Shown: one piece after another, positions 16,318-25,709 of the stretch
How positions within the stretch are numbered: position 1 is the first letter of the stretch
Layout: every line of letters begins with the position of its first letter
Origin: Candidatus Zambryskiibacteriota bacterium
Lineage (GTDB): Bacteria > Patescibacteriota > Minisyncoccia > Phycocordibacterales > DATDWN01
Length of the DNA stretch: 64,000 bases
Direction of reading: 5' to 3'
Assembly (NCBI GenBank): GCA_003173855.1
Contig: PPGI01000008.1
Span: 10,119 to 74,118 of the forward strand
Notes under the pieces: model-generated
The model's input: the letters and a program-made list of their open reading frames with translations, nothing else
The model's database searches: none
What the model was told of the DNA's origin: nothing
Made by a program: the position numbers and the translations under genes

Positions 16318-16503
16318 ATGGCTAAAACATCTGTAAAAGCTAGGGCTCTAAAAAAGCCAAAATATAGTACTCGGGTAACAAACCGATGTTTTAGATGTGG
16401 TCGTGGGCGCGGATTTATGCGAGACTTCGGTCTTTGCCGAATCTGCTTCCGTGAACTAGCAAATGAGGGTAAGATTCCGGGAATTAAAAAAGCTTCGTGG
16501 TAA
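16318..16503 (+). CDS. rpsZ: 30S ribosomal protein S14, zinc-binding type Z
   Basis: 61 aa with CxxC...CxxC. Confidence 0.93.
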   Translation: MAKTSVKARALKKPKYSTRVTNRCFRCGRGRGFMRDFGLCRICFRELANEGKIPGIKKASW

Positions 16504-16553
16504 AACAAATCGTTTCGGCAAGTCTACGGAAACTACCGAGATAAAATAAAAAT

Positions 16554-16943
16554 ATGGATCCAATTGGAGATATGATCGTAGTAATGAAAAACGGAGGTGA
16601 TTCAAGAAAAGAATCTGTAATTTTTCCACATTCAAAATTAAAGTTGGCAATTCTTGAGGTTTTACAAAAAAATGGATATGTAAAATCTTTTTCAAAAAAG
16701 GGAAAGAAAATTGCAAAGTGGATTGAAGTTGAGCTTGCTTATGATAATGATGGTGCAAGTCGAATTCATGGAGTCGATCGGGTTTCAAAAACATCAAAAC
16801 GAGTTTATACAAAATCAAAAGATTTGCGTTCAGTTAAAAGTGGTTTCGGCAGCCTAATTATTTCAACTCCTAAGGGTATTATGACTGACAAAATGGCAAA
16901 AGTTGCGAATGTTGGAGGAGAAGCTTTGTTTAAAATTTGGTAA
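16554..16943 (+). CDS. rpsH: 30S ribosomal protein S8
   Basis: 129 aa; S8-like. Confidence 0.92.
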   Translation: MDPIGDMIVVMKNGGDSRKESVIFPHSKLKLAILEVLQKNGYVKSFSKKGKKIAKWIEVELAYDNDGASRIHGVDRVSKTSKRVYTKSKDLRSVKSGFGSLIISTPKGIMTDKMAKVANVGGEALFKIW

Positions 16944-16949
16944 ACGAAT

Positions 16950-17483
16950 ATGAGTAGAATTGGCAAAAAAGTAATATTGATTCCAGAGAAAACAGAAGCA
17001 AGCTTTGTTTCCGGAGTTTTTTCTGCAAAAGGCCCACTTGGAACACTAACAAAAGATTTTAAATCTGATATTGGAATTAAAATTGATGGAAAAGAAATTA
17101 CACTAGAACCAAAAAATATTACTCTAGAAAACAAAGCATTGTGGGGAACATATGCATCGCACATAAAAAATATGCTGAATGGTGTAAATACTTCATATGT
17201 TAAAAAATTAATTTTGGAAGGAATTGGATACAAATCTGAAGTGAAAGGAACAAATTTAGTTTTAGCTCTTGGCTTTTCTCATCCCGTTGTTGTTCCAATT
17301 CCAGAAGGACTTAAAGTAACTGCTGACAAAAATATTATTACCGTTACCGGAGCAAACAAAGAAATGGTCGGAGAATTTGCAGCTAATGTTCGTGCTCTTA
17401 AAAAACCAGAACCTTACAAAGGCAAAGGAATGAGGTATGAGGGCGAACATATTAAGCGTAAGCAAGGTAAGAAAACCGCCTAA
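16950..17483 (+). CDS. rplF: 50S ribosomal protein L6
   Basis: 177 aa; L6-like two-domain sequence. Confidence 0.92.
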   Translation: MSRIGKKVILIPEKTEASFVSGVFSAKGPLGTLTKDFKSDIGIKIDGKEITLEPKNITLENKALWGTYASHIKNMLNGVNTSYVKKLILEGIGYKSEVKGTNLVLALGFSHPVVVPIPEGLKVTADKNIITVTGANKEMVGEFAANVRALKKPEPYKGKGMRYEGEHIKRKQGKKTA

Positions 17484-17515
17484 CATAAAAATTATGATGT
17501 TAGGAAAATAAGAAC

Positions 17516-17866
17516 ATGAAATCATCATCACTAAAAAAAGCACAGAGAACACGACGACACGCAAGAATTCGCGCAAAGGTTTTTGGTACGGAATCTAAAC
17601 CTCGTTTGTCTGTATTTAAATCAAACACATCTATTTCCGCACAGTTGATTGATGATGTAAGCGGAAAAACATTGGCAGCTGTTCATTCACGAGAAGTTAA
17701 AGGCAAAACAATAATGGAGAAATCAGGATTGGTTGGCGAAGCTTTAGCCCAAAAAGCTAAAGCAAAGAAAATTTCTGCTGTTGTTTTTGATCGTGGAGGA
17801 TTTATTTACACAGGAAATGTTGAAGCTCTTGCAGAAGGTGCACGAAAGGGAGGACTCAAATTTTAA
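17516..17866 (+). CDS. rplR: 50S ribosomal protein L18
   Basis: 116 aa; L18-like. Confidence 0.9.
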   Translation: MKSSSLKKAQRTRRHARIRAKVFGTESKPRLSVFKSNTSISAQLIDDVSGKTLAAVHSREVKGKTIMEKSGLVGEALAQKAKAKKISAVVFDRGGFIYTGNVEALAEGARKGGLKF

Positions 17867-17871
17867 AAAAT

Positions 17872-18447
17872 ATGGAACAAGAAATATTAAATGAAGATGT
17901 AAAAGTTGAGGAAACAGGAGAAACGTCTGCTGAGGAAACTTCAGCACCTCAAACTCGAGAATTCAAGAAAAATCCTCGCAAATCCCAGCCTCGAAGAGAA
18001 GCTAGAACTCGGCCTGAATTTGATCAAAAAATCATTGATATTCGCCGTGTAACTCGAGTGGTTACTGGTGGTCGACGTTTTGCCTTCTCTGTAGCAATTG
18101 TCATTGGAGATCACAAGGGTCGAGTTGGTGTTGGTCTTGGAAAAGCAACAGACACTCCTCTTGCCATCGACAAAGCTGTGCGAGATGCAAAGAAAAATAT
18201 GATTAAAGTGAATCAAACTCAAAACGGTTCGATTCCTCACGAAGTTAGCGCAAAGTTCGGAGCGTCACGAGTTTTAATCATGCGAGCACCGGGCAAAGGA
18301 ATTCTTGCTGGTTCGTCTGTTCGAACAGTTTTGGAATTTGCCGGACTGAAAGAAGTAAGTTCAAAAATTTTCTCACGATCAAAAAATAAATTGAACAATG
18401 CTAAAGCTGCAATCCAAGCTCTAAAACAATTAACTCTAAAGAAATAA
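17872..18447 (+). CDS. rpsE: 30S ribosomal protein S5 with an acidic/basic N-terminal extension
   Basis: S5 core (VTRVVTGGRRF, GLKEVSSK); ~45-aa N-terminal extension. Confidence 0.93.
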   Translation: MEQEILNEDVKVEETGETSAEETSAPQTREFKKNPRKSQPRREARTRPEFDQKIIDIRRVTRVVTGGRRFAFSVAIVIGDHKGRVGVGLGKATDTPLAIDKAVRDAKKNMIKVNQTQNGSIPHEVSAKFGASRVLIMRAPGKGILAGSSVRTVLEFAGLKEVSSKIFSRSKNKLNNAKAAIQALKQLTLKK

Positions 18448-18448
18448 T

Positions 18449-18892
18449 ATGCAAGCACACACATTAAAAAGAGTTCACCCAAATAAAAAGCGCCGAATCG
18501 TCGGTCGTGGAGGAAAACACGCTAAAACTTCGGGTCGTGGTACTAAAGGTCAGAATGCCCGCGCAGGACACAAAAAACGTCCAGAAATAAGGGATTTTAT
18601 CAAACGATTGCCAAAGCTCCGAGGACGAGGAAAAAACATAAACACATCAATTGAAACAAAGCCACATGTTATTAATCTTTCCGCTCTGGATAAAAAATTT
18701 AAAGCAGGTGACATTGTTTCTCCACAGACACTTTTAGAAAAAGGAATGATTGGAACTGTTTCTGGTAAATTGCCAAAAGTAAAAATTCTTGGAAGTGGAA
18801 GCGTAACAAATAAATTGACTATTAAAGGTATGCGTGTTTCCGAATCTGCACGACTTGCACTTGAGAAAGCTGGTGGCACAATAGAGAAATAA
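18449..18892 (+). CDS. rplO: 50S ribosomal protein L15 (directly follows rpsE; no rpmD/L30 gene between them)
   Basis: 147 aa; L15-like Gly/Arg-rich N-terminus. Confidence 0.92.
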   Translation: MQAHTLKRVHPNKKRRIVGRGGKHAKTSGRGTKGQNARAGHKKRPEIRDFIKRLPKLRGRGKNINTSIETKPHVINLSALDKKFKAGDIVSPQTLLEKGMIGTVSGKLPKVKILGSGSVTNKLTIKGMRVSESARLALEKAGGTIEK

Positions 18893-18893
18893 T

Positions 18894-20168
18894 ATGAAAG
18901 AATTTTTTAATAAAATTGCTCTCGTTTTCCAAGATAGAATTCTTCGAAAACGAATTCTTTTTACGCTTTTTGCTCTCGTTCTTTTTCGCGCGCTAGCTTC
19001 GATTCCAGTTCCAGGAGTTGATCACGGACGTTTGGCACAGTTTTTCTCTTCAAACGAATTTTTTGGCTTACTTAACCTCTTTTCTGGCGGTGGTCTTGCC
19101 CAACTTTCGATTGTGATGCTTGGCGTTGGTCCATTTATTACAGGCTCAATTATCATGCAGCTCTCGACAATGATGTCGAAAAAACTAAAGGAAATGTACC
19201 AAGAAGAAGGTGAAGCAGGTCGCCGAAAATTTGCACAATACGGTCGAATTCTTACTATTCCGCTTGCTATGCTACAGTCATTTACATTTATAAAAATTTT
19301 GCAAACTCAGCAAGTTATTCCACAGATTTCAACGTTAGCATTTGTTACAAATATTTTGGTTATCACTGCCGGTTCAGTTCTTCTAATGTGGATCGGTGAA
19401 CTTATTTCGGAATATGGAATTGGCAACGGAGTTAGTTTAATTATTTTTGCTGGAATCGTGGCAGCTCTGCCAACAGAGATTGGCCAACTGGCATTTTCAT
19501 TTGATGCATCACAAATTCCAGTATTTCTAGCAGCTTTGGTAATTGCAGCAATTGTTATTGTGACGGTTGTTGTTATTACAGAAGCCGAGCGGCCGATTCC
19601 AATTACTTATGCAAAGCAAGTGAGAGGCAATAAGATTTACGGAGGAACATCAACTTATCTTCCATTGCGAATTAATCAAGCAGGAGTTATTCCAATCATT
19701 TTTGCTCTTTCAATTCTTTCTTTCCCACAAATGATTTTAAAATTCTTGCAAAATATTTCTTCACACCCAGCACTTCAATCTGTTTCAACAACATTACTTA
19801 ATTTTCTAGCAAATGTTTGGTTTTATGATATTGCTTATTTCTTTTTAGTTTTTGTTTTTACATATTTCTATACAGCAGTGACATTTGATCCAGATCAGAT
19901 TTCTACAAACCTTCAAAAAAATGGTGCTTTCATTCCGGGAGTTCGGCCAGGCAAATCAACCTCAGAACACATTTCGCGAATTCTAACTCGACTGACTCTT
20001 GTCGGCGCACTTTTCCTTGGTTTTATAGCAGTTTTGCCTCTGATTATGCGTAATGTCACTGGAATTACGGCTGTTTCCATTGGCGGTACGGCACTACTTA
20101 TCGTTGTTTCCGTAGTTATCGACCTAATCAAAAAGATAGACGCCCAAATTTCAATCAGGGAATACTAA
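18894..20168 (+). CDS. secY: Preprotein translocase SecY
   Basis: 424 aa with 10 transmembrane segments; SecY-like. Confidence 0.95.
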   Translation: MKEFFNKIALVFQDRILRKRILFTLFALVLFRALASIPVPGVDHGRLAQFFSSNEFFGLLNLFSGGGLAQLSIVMLGVGPFITGSIIMQLSTMMSKKLKEMYQEEGEAGRRKFAQYGRILTIPLAMLQSFTFIKILQTQQVIPQISTLAFVTNILVITAGSVLLMWIGELISEYGIGNGVSLIIFAGIVAALPTEIGQLAFSFDASQIPVFLAALVIAAIVIVTVVVITEAERPIPITYAKQVRGNKIYGGTSTYLPLRINQAGVIPIIFALSILSFPQMILKFLQNISSHPALQSVSTTLLNFLANVWFYDIAYFFLVFVFTYFYTAVTFDPDQISTNLQKNGAFIPGVRPGKSTSEHISRILTRLTLVGALFLGFIAVLPLIMRNVTGITAVSIGGTALLIVVSVVIDLIKKIDAQISIREY

Positions 20169-20300
20169 TTACAGCTCAGGTCTTTTTGTCTGATTTCTTT
20201 GTCACTCGCTCCGGTACTCCCTCACCTTACATTTGTAAGGCTCGGTTCGTTCCTCACTCGTTTCGCGAACTCAAACAAAAATCCTCTGAGTTTCATACTT
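20169..20300 (+). repeat. Structured intergenic element, copy M3 (diverged), after secY
   Basis: Hairpin ccttac-attt-gtaagg at 20225..20240 flanked by tCAC...CTC, as in M1, M2 and M4. Confidence 0.4.
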
Positions 20301-20324
20301 TATCGTTCGTGTTAATATAGAAGG

Positions 20325-20915
20325 ATGCCTCCACAAACTTTTATATTTATCGGACGATCTGGCTGCGGCAAGGGAACACAAGCAGATCTTTTAAAAAAAT
20401 TACTCAAAGAAAAAGATCCAAATGGAGAAATTTTATATGTTGAAACAGGAAACAATTTTCGTGAATTTATAAAAGGTGACAAATATTCAAACAAACTTTC
20501 AGCTGAAATTTATAAAAATGGTGATCGTCAGCCGGATTTTCTAGCAATTTGGATGTGGGCACATGTGGTACTTAATGAATTTAAAGGAACAGAACACTTA
20601 TTTTTTGATGGAACTCCTCGTTCACTTCCAGAAGCAATGGCTCTTACAACCGCACTTGAGTTTTATAATCGAAAAGGAATTGTTATCGACATAAATGTTT
20701 CTCGAGAGTGGTCAATTGAGCGAATGAAAGCTCGTGGACGTTTTGATGATTCAACGGAAGAGTTAATGATAAAAAGATTAAACTGGTTTGACAGAGACAC
20801 TTCACCGGCCGAGGCCTATTTTAGAGCAAATAATAATTATACTGTCATTGGATTGAATGGTGAACGTACTATTGATGAAATTCATAACGAGATTGTAAGT
20901 AGGTTAAAATGGTAG
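20325..20915 (+). CDS. adk: Adenylate kinase
   Basis: P-loop GRSGCGKGTQ; 196 aa. Confidence 0.9.
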   Translation: MPPQTFIFIGRSGCGKGTQADLLKKLLKEKDPNGEILYVETGNNFREFIKGDKYSNKLSAEIYKNGDRQPDFLAIWMWAHVVLNEFKGTEHLFFDGTPRSLPEAMALTTALEFYNRKGIVIDINVSREWSIERMKARGRFDDSTEELMIKRLNWFDRDTSPAEAYFRANNNYTVIGLNGERTIDEIHNEIVSRLKW

Positions 20916-20927
20916 TAGTATCACCTC

Positions 20928-21698
20928 GTGATTAACTTAAAAAGCCCAGAGGAAATAACGATTTTAAAAGAAGGCGGCAGGAGGCATGCTTATATTCTCG
21001 CGCAGTTAGGATCGAAAGTGAAACCTGGGATATCCACCCAAGATCTTGAGGATTATGCCCGGAAATTAATTCACGAGGGAGGAGACAAGGCAACACTCAT
21101 TAACTACACGCCTCGAGGGGCAAAAAGACCATACCCCGCAGCGCTTTGTGTTTCCATTAACGATGAAATTGTGCATGGAATCCCAAATGAAAATCCAAAA
21201 ATTCTAAAAGAAGGTGATGTTGTCTCAATTGATCTCTGTTTAACACACGAAGGGTTGATTACTGACGGAACTATTACAGTTGGTGTTGGGAAAATTGATT
21301 CGGAAGATAAAAAATTATTGGAAGTTTGCAAGGAAGCTCTCAATCGTGGAGTGAAAGCTGCTCGTGGCGGAGCCCACATCGGAGATATAAGTCATGCAAT
21401 CGAATCATTTGTTCGAGAACAAGGTTTTGGCATTGCAGCGGGTCTAGCAGGACACGGAGTCGGTTACAAAGTTCACGAGGAGCCATTTGTTCCAAACGAG
21501 GGGAGAGCAGGGCAAGGTGAGAAACTGGTACCAGGAATGGTTTTGGCAATTGAGCCGATGATTACTCGCGGCGGAGACAAAATTGTTCTCGCTAGTGATG
21601 GTTATACGTACAAAACTCGCGATGGTTCAAATGCAGCACACTTTGAACACACTGTAGCCATTACTGATGGTGATACTCTTGTGCTAACTAAAGAATAA
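20928..21698 (+). CDS. map: Methionine aminopeptidase type I
   Basis: 256 aa; pita-bread fold metal ligands; position after adk. Confidence 0.9.
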   Translation: MINLKSPEEITILKEGGRRHAYILAQLGSKVKPGISTQDLEDYARKLIHEGGDKATLINYTPRGAKRPYPAALCVSINDEIVHGIPNENPKILKEGDVVSIDLCLTHEGLITDGTITVGVGKIDSEDKKLLEVCKEALNRGVKAARGGAHIGDISHAIESFVREQGFGIAAGLAGHGVGYKVHEEPFVPNEGRAGQGEKLVPGMVLAIEPMITRGGDKIVLASDGYTYKTRDGSNAAHFEHTVAITDGDTLVLTKE

Positions 21699-21715
21699 GT
21701 TAAAATAAAATTCTT

Positions 21716-22321
21716 ATGGCGCACGCAAAAAAAGAAAGAACGCTAGTTATCATTAAACCTGATGGAGTTCAAAGAACTTTGATCGGCGAAATAATTTCTC
21801 GTTTTGAACGAGTAGGTTTAAAACTTGTGGCAATTAAAATGATGGTAGCCAGTGAAGATCATGTGGAAAAACACTATACTCTTGATCCAGAATGGCGACG
21901 AATTACAGGAGAAAAAACCATCGCAAGTTATATAAAAAAAGGCGAGACGCCTTGGACAACAGATCCGCTTGAAGTTACAGATCAAGTTTTGAAAACTTTA
22001 AAAAAATACATCACTTCTGGTCCAGTTGTTGTGATGGTTTGGGAAGGAGCACATGCAGTCGAGTTAGTACGAAAACTTGTTGGTGGAACAGAACCGCGAT
22101 CCTCTGATGTTGGAACTATTCGAGGAGATTACGTTTTGGATTCTTATCTAATGGCAGATAGCGATAAACGTTCAGTCAGGAATTTAATTCATGCATCGGG
22201 GACAGTTAAAGAAGCAGAAATGGAAATCAAACATTGGTTTCATTCAAATGAACTTATTGAGTATAAACTTGTTCAGGAACAAATACTATATGATGTAAAT
22301 ATGGATGGTATCTTTGAATAA
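21716..22321 (+). CDS. ndk: Nucleoside diphosphate kinase (long form with an internal insertion)
   Basis: Opens LVIIKPDGV, with an NDK-like TSGPVVVMVWEG; 201 aa versus ~140 aa typical. Confidence 0.8.
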   Translation: MAHAKKERTLVIIKPDGVQRTLIGEIISRFERVGLKLVAIKMMVASEDHVEKHYTLDPEWRRITGEKTIASYIKKGETPWTTDPLEVTDQVLKTLKKYITSGPVVVMVWEGAHAVELVRKLVGGTEPRSSDVGTIRGDYVLDSYLMADSDKRSVRNLIHASGTVKEAEMEIKHWFHSNELIEYKLVQEQILYDVNMDGIFE

Positions 22322-22382
22322 TTCATATTTAATTAAATTTTCAGAAAAAAAGCGATACAGCACAAGAAAAAAATTTAACAAG

Positions 22383-22410
22383 TTGTTAATTTTTTTAGCG
22401 GCAGTATAAT
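22383..22410 (+). promoter_or_regulatory. Promoter TTGTTA-N16-TATAAT
   Basis: Near-consensus sigma70 elements at 22383-22388 and 22405-22410. Confidence 0.5.
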
Positions 22411-22416
22411 CAAAAT

Positions 22417-22586
22417 TGGTTACGTTAGATATTTTCCGACTAAATATATTTCAGGGAGCCTCATATCTTTGCACCACGATGAGCGTTAATTCGTTCTGAC
22501 GAGTGCAATTGCGGGCACCCACCTAGTATTTAAACTAGGGAAATATCAGCGTAACCATTTAAAAATCCCACAAATGTGGGATTTTT
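22417..22586 (+). ncRNA. Candidate small RNA or structured 5' leader (~170 nt) ending in an intrinsic terminator
   Basis: Transcribed from the promoter above. Closing helix ggttacg...cgtaacc (22419-22425 with 22548-22554). Terminator aaatcccacaaatgtgggattttt at 22563..22586, which overlaps the annotated ATG at 22576. Confidence 0.3.
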
Positions 22587-22596
22587 AAATACTTTA

Positions 22597-23010
22597 ATGT
22601 ACAATTGGGCAATGTTAAGAAAGCCGCTTTTTAGATCAGCTTTTGGTCTTTTACTTGTTATTTGGGCAATATTTATTATTGGCTATGAATTTTCATTAAA
22701 TTACTTTTTTTGGTGGTACGATTGCATTTTACATTTTCTTTCTGGTGGTTGTGTAGCAATGGGAACTATTTGGCTATGGGATTATTTTTTTCCGACAAAC
22801 AATAAACACAAATTAATTCTCGTTGGATTTATCGGCACTTTAATAGTTGGCCTTATTTGGGAAATTTTTGAAATTCATTACGGTTTAACATTTTTATCTG
22901 ACGGCATTATATATATTAGAGATACCGCTTCAGATTTATTGTTAGACGTTTGCGGAGGATATTTTGCAACGCTTTATTCGTTTAAAATTTTATTTAAAAA
23001 TGTTAAGTAA
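22597..23010 (+). CDS. Small 4-transmembrane protein, VanZ-like (tentative); start uncertain (22576, 22597 or 22612)
   Basis: Hydrophobic; D-x3-HF and D-x3-G motifs reminiscent of the VanZ family. Confidence 0.4.
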   Translation: MYNWAMLRKPLFRSAFGLLLVIWAIFIIGYEFSLNYFFWWYDCILHFLSGGCVAMGTIWLWDYFFPTNNKHKLILVGFIGTLIVGLIWEIFEIHYGLTFLSDGIIYIRDTASDLLLDVCGGYFATLYSFKILFKNVK

Positions 23011-24379
23011 AGAATTACAGCTAACTTTTTTTTCTGGCGTTGGGACAGTCACAGGTGCAAATTTTTTGCTTGAGACAATTTCGACTGGAATTTTAGTGGA
23101 TTGTGGTTTAACTCAGGGAACAGAAGAAGCAACAAAATTAAATCACGAACCATTTGGTTACGATCCGAAAATTGTGGATTTTCTTTTTATTACTCATGCT
23201 CATATGGATCATATTGGCCGAGTGCCGAAACTCGTTCATGACGGATTTTCTGGAACAATTTATTCAACTCCCGAAACAAAACAAATTTCAGAACTAATGT
23301 TTGCCGATGCTCTGAAAATCATGAATTCAAAGGAAAAAGAATTTAGTGATGGTACGCGAGAAAAACCTCTGTACGATGAAAATGATGTAAATCAAACGAT
23401 GTCACTTTGGAAAACCATTCCGTATCACGAATCTACAAAACTAAATGATGAGTTTGTAGTAAATTTATTGGATGCGGGTCATATTTTAGGCTCATCAATG
23501 ATCGAGTTTACATTCAATGGCAAAAAGATAACTTTTACAGGGGATAGTGGCAATTCGCCATCACCTTTACTTCGCGACACAGAAGCTATTACAAATACTG
23601 ATTACCTCATAATGGACAGTGTTTATGGAGACAGAAATCACGAGCCAAAAAAAGAAAGAGATGCAAAATTTAGGGAAATAGTAAGACAGTCAATTCAAGC
23701 CGGGGGCGCTCTAGTTATCCCTGCATTTTCGGTTGAGAGAACTCAAGTCATTCTTTATGAATTAAATAATTTGGTTGAACATGGCCAGATTCCAAAAGTG
23801 CCAATATTTCTCGACTCTCCTTTAGGTTCAAAAGTGACAGAAATTTATCGCGAAACTTATCGTGATTTTAATAGCGAAGCTCAAGGGCAAATCAAATCTG
23901 GTGATGATTTGTTTGATTTCCCAAAACTCTCCATCACTCATTCATCTCGCGAATCAAAAGACATCGAAAATACTCCAAATCCAAAAATAATCATCGCAGG
24001 ATCAGGCATGTCATCTGGCGGGCGAGTAGTCGGGCATGAAATAGCATTCCTGCCGGATCCTCGCAGTACAATTTTAATCGCCGGATACCAAGCACCAGGA
24101 ACGCTGGGTAAGCAAATCGAAGAAAAACCAAAAGAAATTGAAATAAATGGTGAAATTATTCCAGTTCGAGCAAAAATCGAGACAATTTCAGGCTATTCTT
24201 CTCACAAAGATTCAGATAACTTAGTCAAAATGGCGTCTGATACAGCTAAAACTGTTAAGAAAGTTTTTGTCGTAATGGGAGAACCCAAATCATCACAGTA
24301 TCTAGCTCAACGACTTCGTGACGAATTAAATGTTGATGCAATTGTTCCCGAACGCGCTAAGCCATACAAACTTTCATAG
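23000..24379 (+). CDS. Metallo-beta-lactamase-fold beta-CASP ribonuclease (RNase J/CPSF-like)
   Basis: HxHxDH motif (THAHMDH); ~460 aa; beta-CASP-like C-terminal half. Confidence 0.75.
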   Translation: MLSKELQLTFFSGVGTVTGANFLLETISTGILVDCGLTQGTEEATKLNHEPFGYDPKIVDFLFITHAHMDHIGRVPKLVHDGFSGTIYSTPETKQISELMFADALKIMNSKEKEFSDGTREKPLYDENDVNQTMSLWKTIPYHESTKLNDEFVVNLLDAGHILGSSMIEFTFNGKKITFTGDSGNSPSPLLRDTEAITNTDYLIMDSVYGDRNHEPKKERDAKFREIVRQSIQAGGALVIPAFSVERTQVILYELNNLVEHGQIPKVPIFLDSPLGSKVTEIYRETYRDFNSEAQGQIKSGDDLFDFPKLSITHSSRESKDIENTPNPKIIIAGSGMSSGGRVVGHEIAFLPDPRSTILIAGYQAPGTLGKQIEEKPKEIEINGEIIPVRAKIETISGYSSHKDSDNLVKMASDTAKTVKKVFVVMGEPKSSQYLAQRLRDELNVDAIVPERAKPYKLS

Positions 24380-24435
24380 TTGGCACATCCCACTATTTAC
24401 CTTTCCGCCTAGAACATCCAACTATGAAAGTTTGT
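24366..24435 (+). terminator. Perfect 18-bp inverted repeat (acaaactttcatagttgg / ccaactatgaaagtttgt) with a 34-nt loop, spanning the RNase stop codon
   Basis: Seen directly in the sequence; followed by a T-rich tract. Confidence 0.5.
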
Positions 24436-24457
24436 TTAATTCGTTATAATTAAAATC

Positions 24458-25678
24458 ATGGAACCTGAACAACCTATTGTTTCTCCTCCAATTCCAACAA
24501 TAAAATTCCCATGGGCAATGGCCGCACTTCTGATTTTCTTTACAATTTCAGGTATATTATTTTTTCTTACTCCACACAATTCACAAAAAGAATTAGCAGT
24601 AACAGATACTTCGAGTTGGAAAACGTATAATAATAATCAATTTGGTTTTAGTTTTAAATATCCTGACGGGTATATTGTTAGTAAGGAAAACGTTGTTATG
24701 GAACATAAATTTGTGAATAATGTTGATACATATGGATATGTTGGATTAAGTTTAAACAAGTCTGAAAATGGGGAAAATTTTCTACTATCATTCTATAGAA
24801 TACGTACAGATAAATCTTTGAATGAATTATCATCGGAAGATGAACAAGATTTTAATAAAGATAAACTTTTGGTTGACTCGTTCAAAAAAATTAAAATTGA
24901 TGGAATTGATGCAGTAAGAATTTATAATGATGATCCAACTGTAGATCAAGACACAGTTTATTTTGTTAAAGATAATTATGTATATAATTTTGATTATTTT
25001 GGATCAAAAACGAATTCAAATGATTTTGACGAAATAATCTCAACTTTTAAATTCATTTCCACTTCGACTCCGGATACTTCCGGTTGGAAAACTTATAGAA
25101 ATGATGAATTTGGTTTTGAAATAAAAATTCCAAATAATTGGATAATTCAAAAACAAAATCCAGATAAGTTGGAAGGAGACTTGGTGTTTATTTCTCCAGA
25201 GACTAAAGCTTCTGAAGATCAAAATGACAAAAATTGTGAGATATCAATAATCAAAAATTGCGTAATGGAACATTACGTAGGTATAGCTGGTGAAATTATT
25301 TTTTATGGAAAAGATTCTGAAGATGGGAAGGATCAAACAAATATTGTTTCAGCAGATGGAATAAAATTTAAGGTTTATAGAGAAGATTTGGGGGATGGTA
25401 TGTATGGTCCTCCAACCTACACAATTAGAAAAGGCGAAAAACTATTCAATTTTATTGCTGTTGACGATATAAGTACAAGGATTCTCTCAACTTTTAAATT
25501 CATTTCCACGCCAAATCAAACCCCAGAGCCTACACCTTCACCCACACCAACTCCGACAGGAGATGCGACAGGACAGCATTGTGGGGGCTTTATTAAAAAC
25601 CCACCACAATGCCCAACAGGGTACCAATGTGTGCTTAATAAAATTGCTGATTTAGGTGGAACTTGCCAAAAAATATAA
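24458..25678 (+). CDS. Membrane-anchored secreted protein with internal tandem ~150-aa repeats, a Pro/Thr linker and a Cys-rich C-terminal knot
   Basis: N-terminal transmembrane segment; repeated WKTY(N/R)N(N/D)(Q/E)FGF and STFKFIST motifs; PEPTPSPTPTPTG linker; 6 Cys in the last 40 aa. Confidence 0.55.
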   Translation: MEPEQPIVSPPIPTIKFPWAMAALLIFFTISGILFFLTPHNSQKELAVTDTSSWKTYNNNQFGFSFKYPDGYIVSKENVVMEHKFVNNVDTYGYVGLSLNKSENGENFLLSFYRIRTDKSLNELSSEDEQDFNKDKLLVDSFKKIKIDGIDAVRIYNDDPTVDQDTVYFVKDNYVYNFDYFGSKTNSNDFDEIISTFKFISTSTPDTSGWKTYRNDEFGFEIKIPNNWIIQKQNPDKLEGDLVFISPETKASEDQNDKNCEISIIKNCVMEHYVGIAGEIIFYGKDSEDGKDQTNIVSADGIKFKVYREDLGDGMYGPPTYTIRKGEKLFNFIAVDDISTRILSTFKFISTPNQTPEPTPSPTPTPTGDATGQHCGGFIKNPPQCPTGYQCVLNKIADLGGTCQKI

Positions 25679-25683
25679 TAAAA

Positions 25684-25709
25684 TCCCGGAAGTTCCGGGA
25701 TTTTTACTT
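25684..25709. terminator. Bidirectional terminator (aaatcccggaagttccgggattttt)
   Basis: Perfect stem plus T-run between convergent genes. Confidence 0.65.

Noticed and set aside
10875-18879. Short ORFs overlapping ribosomal protein genes on either strand (10875-11084, 10927-11127, 11797-11979, 12182-12409, 12541-12771, 12808-13005, 13137-13658, 13513-13785, 13792-14016, 14522-14770, 15992-16186, 16242-16508, 16456-16818, 16805-17233, 17262-17576, 17744-17947, 17941-18240, 18237-18482, 18550-18879)
   Set aside because: They are contained within or antisense to confidently identified r-protein genes. No SD, promoter or conservation logic supports them.
19913-21549. ORFs antisense to secY, adk and map (19913-20131, 20312-20494, 21104-21379, 21326-21520, 21340-21549)
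   Set aside because: They overlap well-supported genes and are likely spurious.
22480-22520. Hammerhead ribozyme, from the CUGACGAG motif
   Set aside because: There is no matching GAAA/stem-III element or cleavage-site context, so this is probably coincidental.
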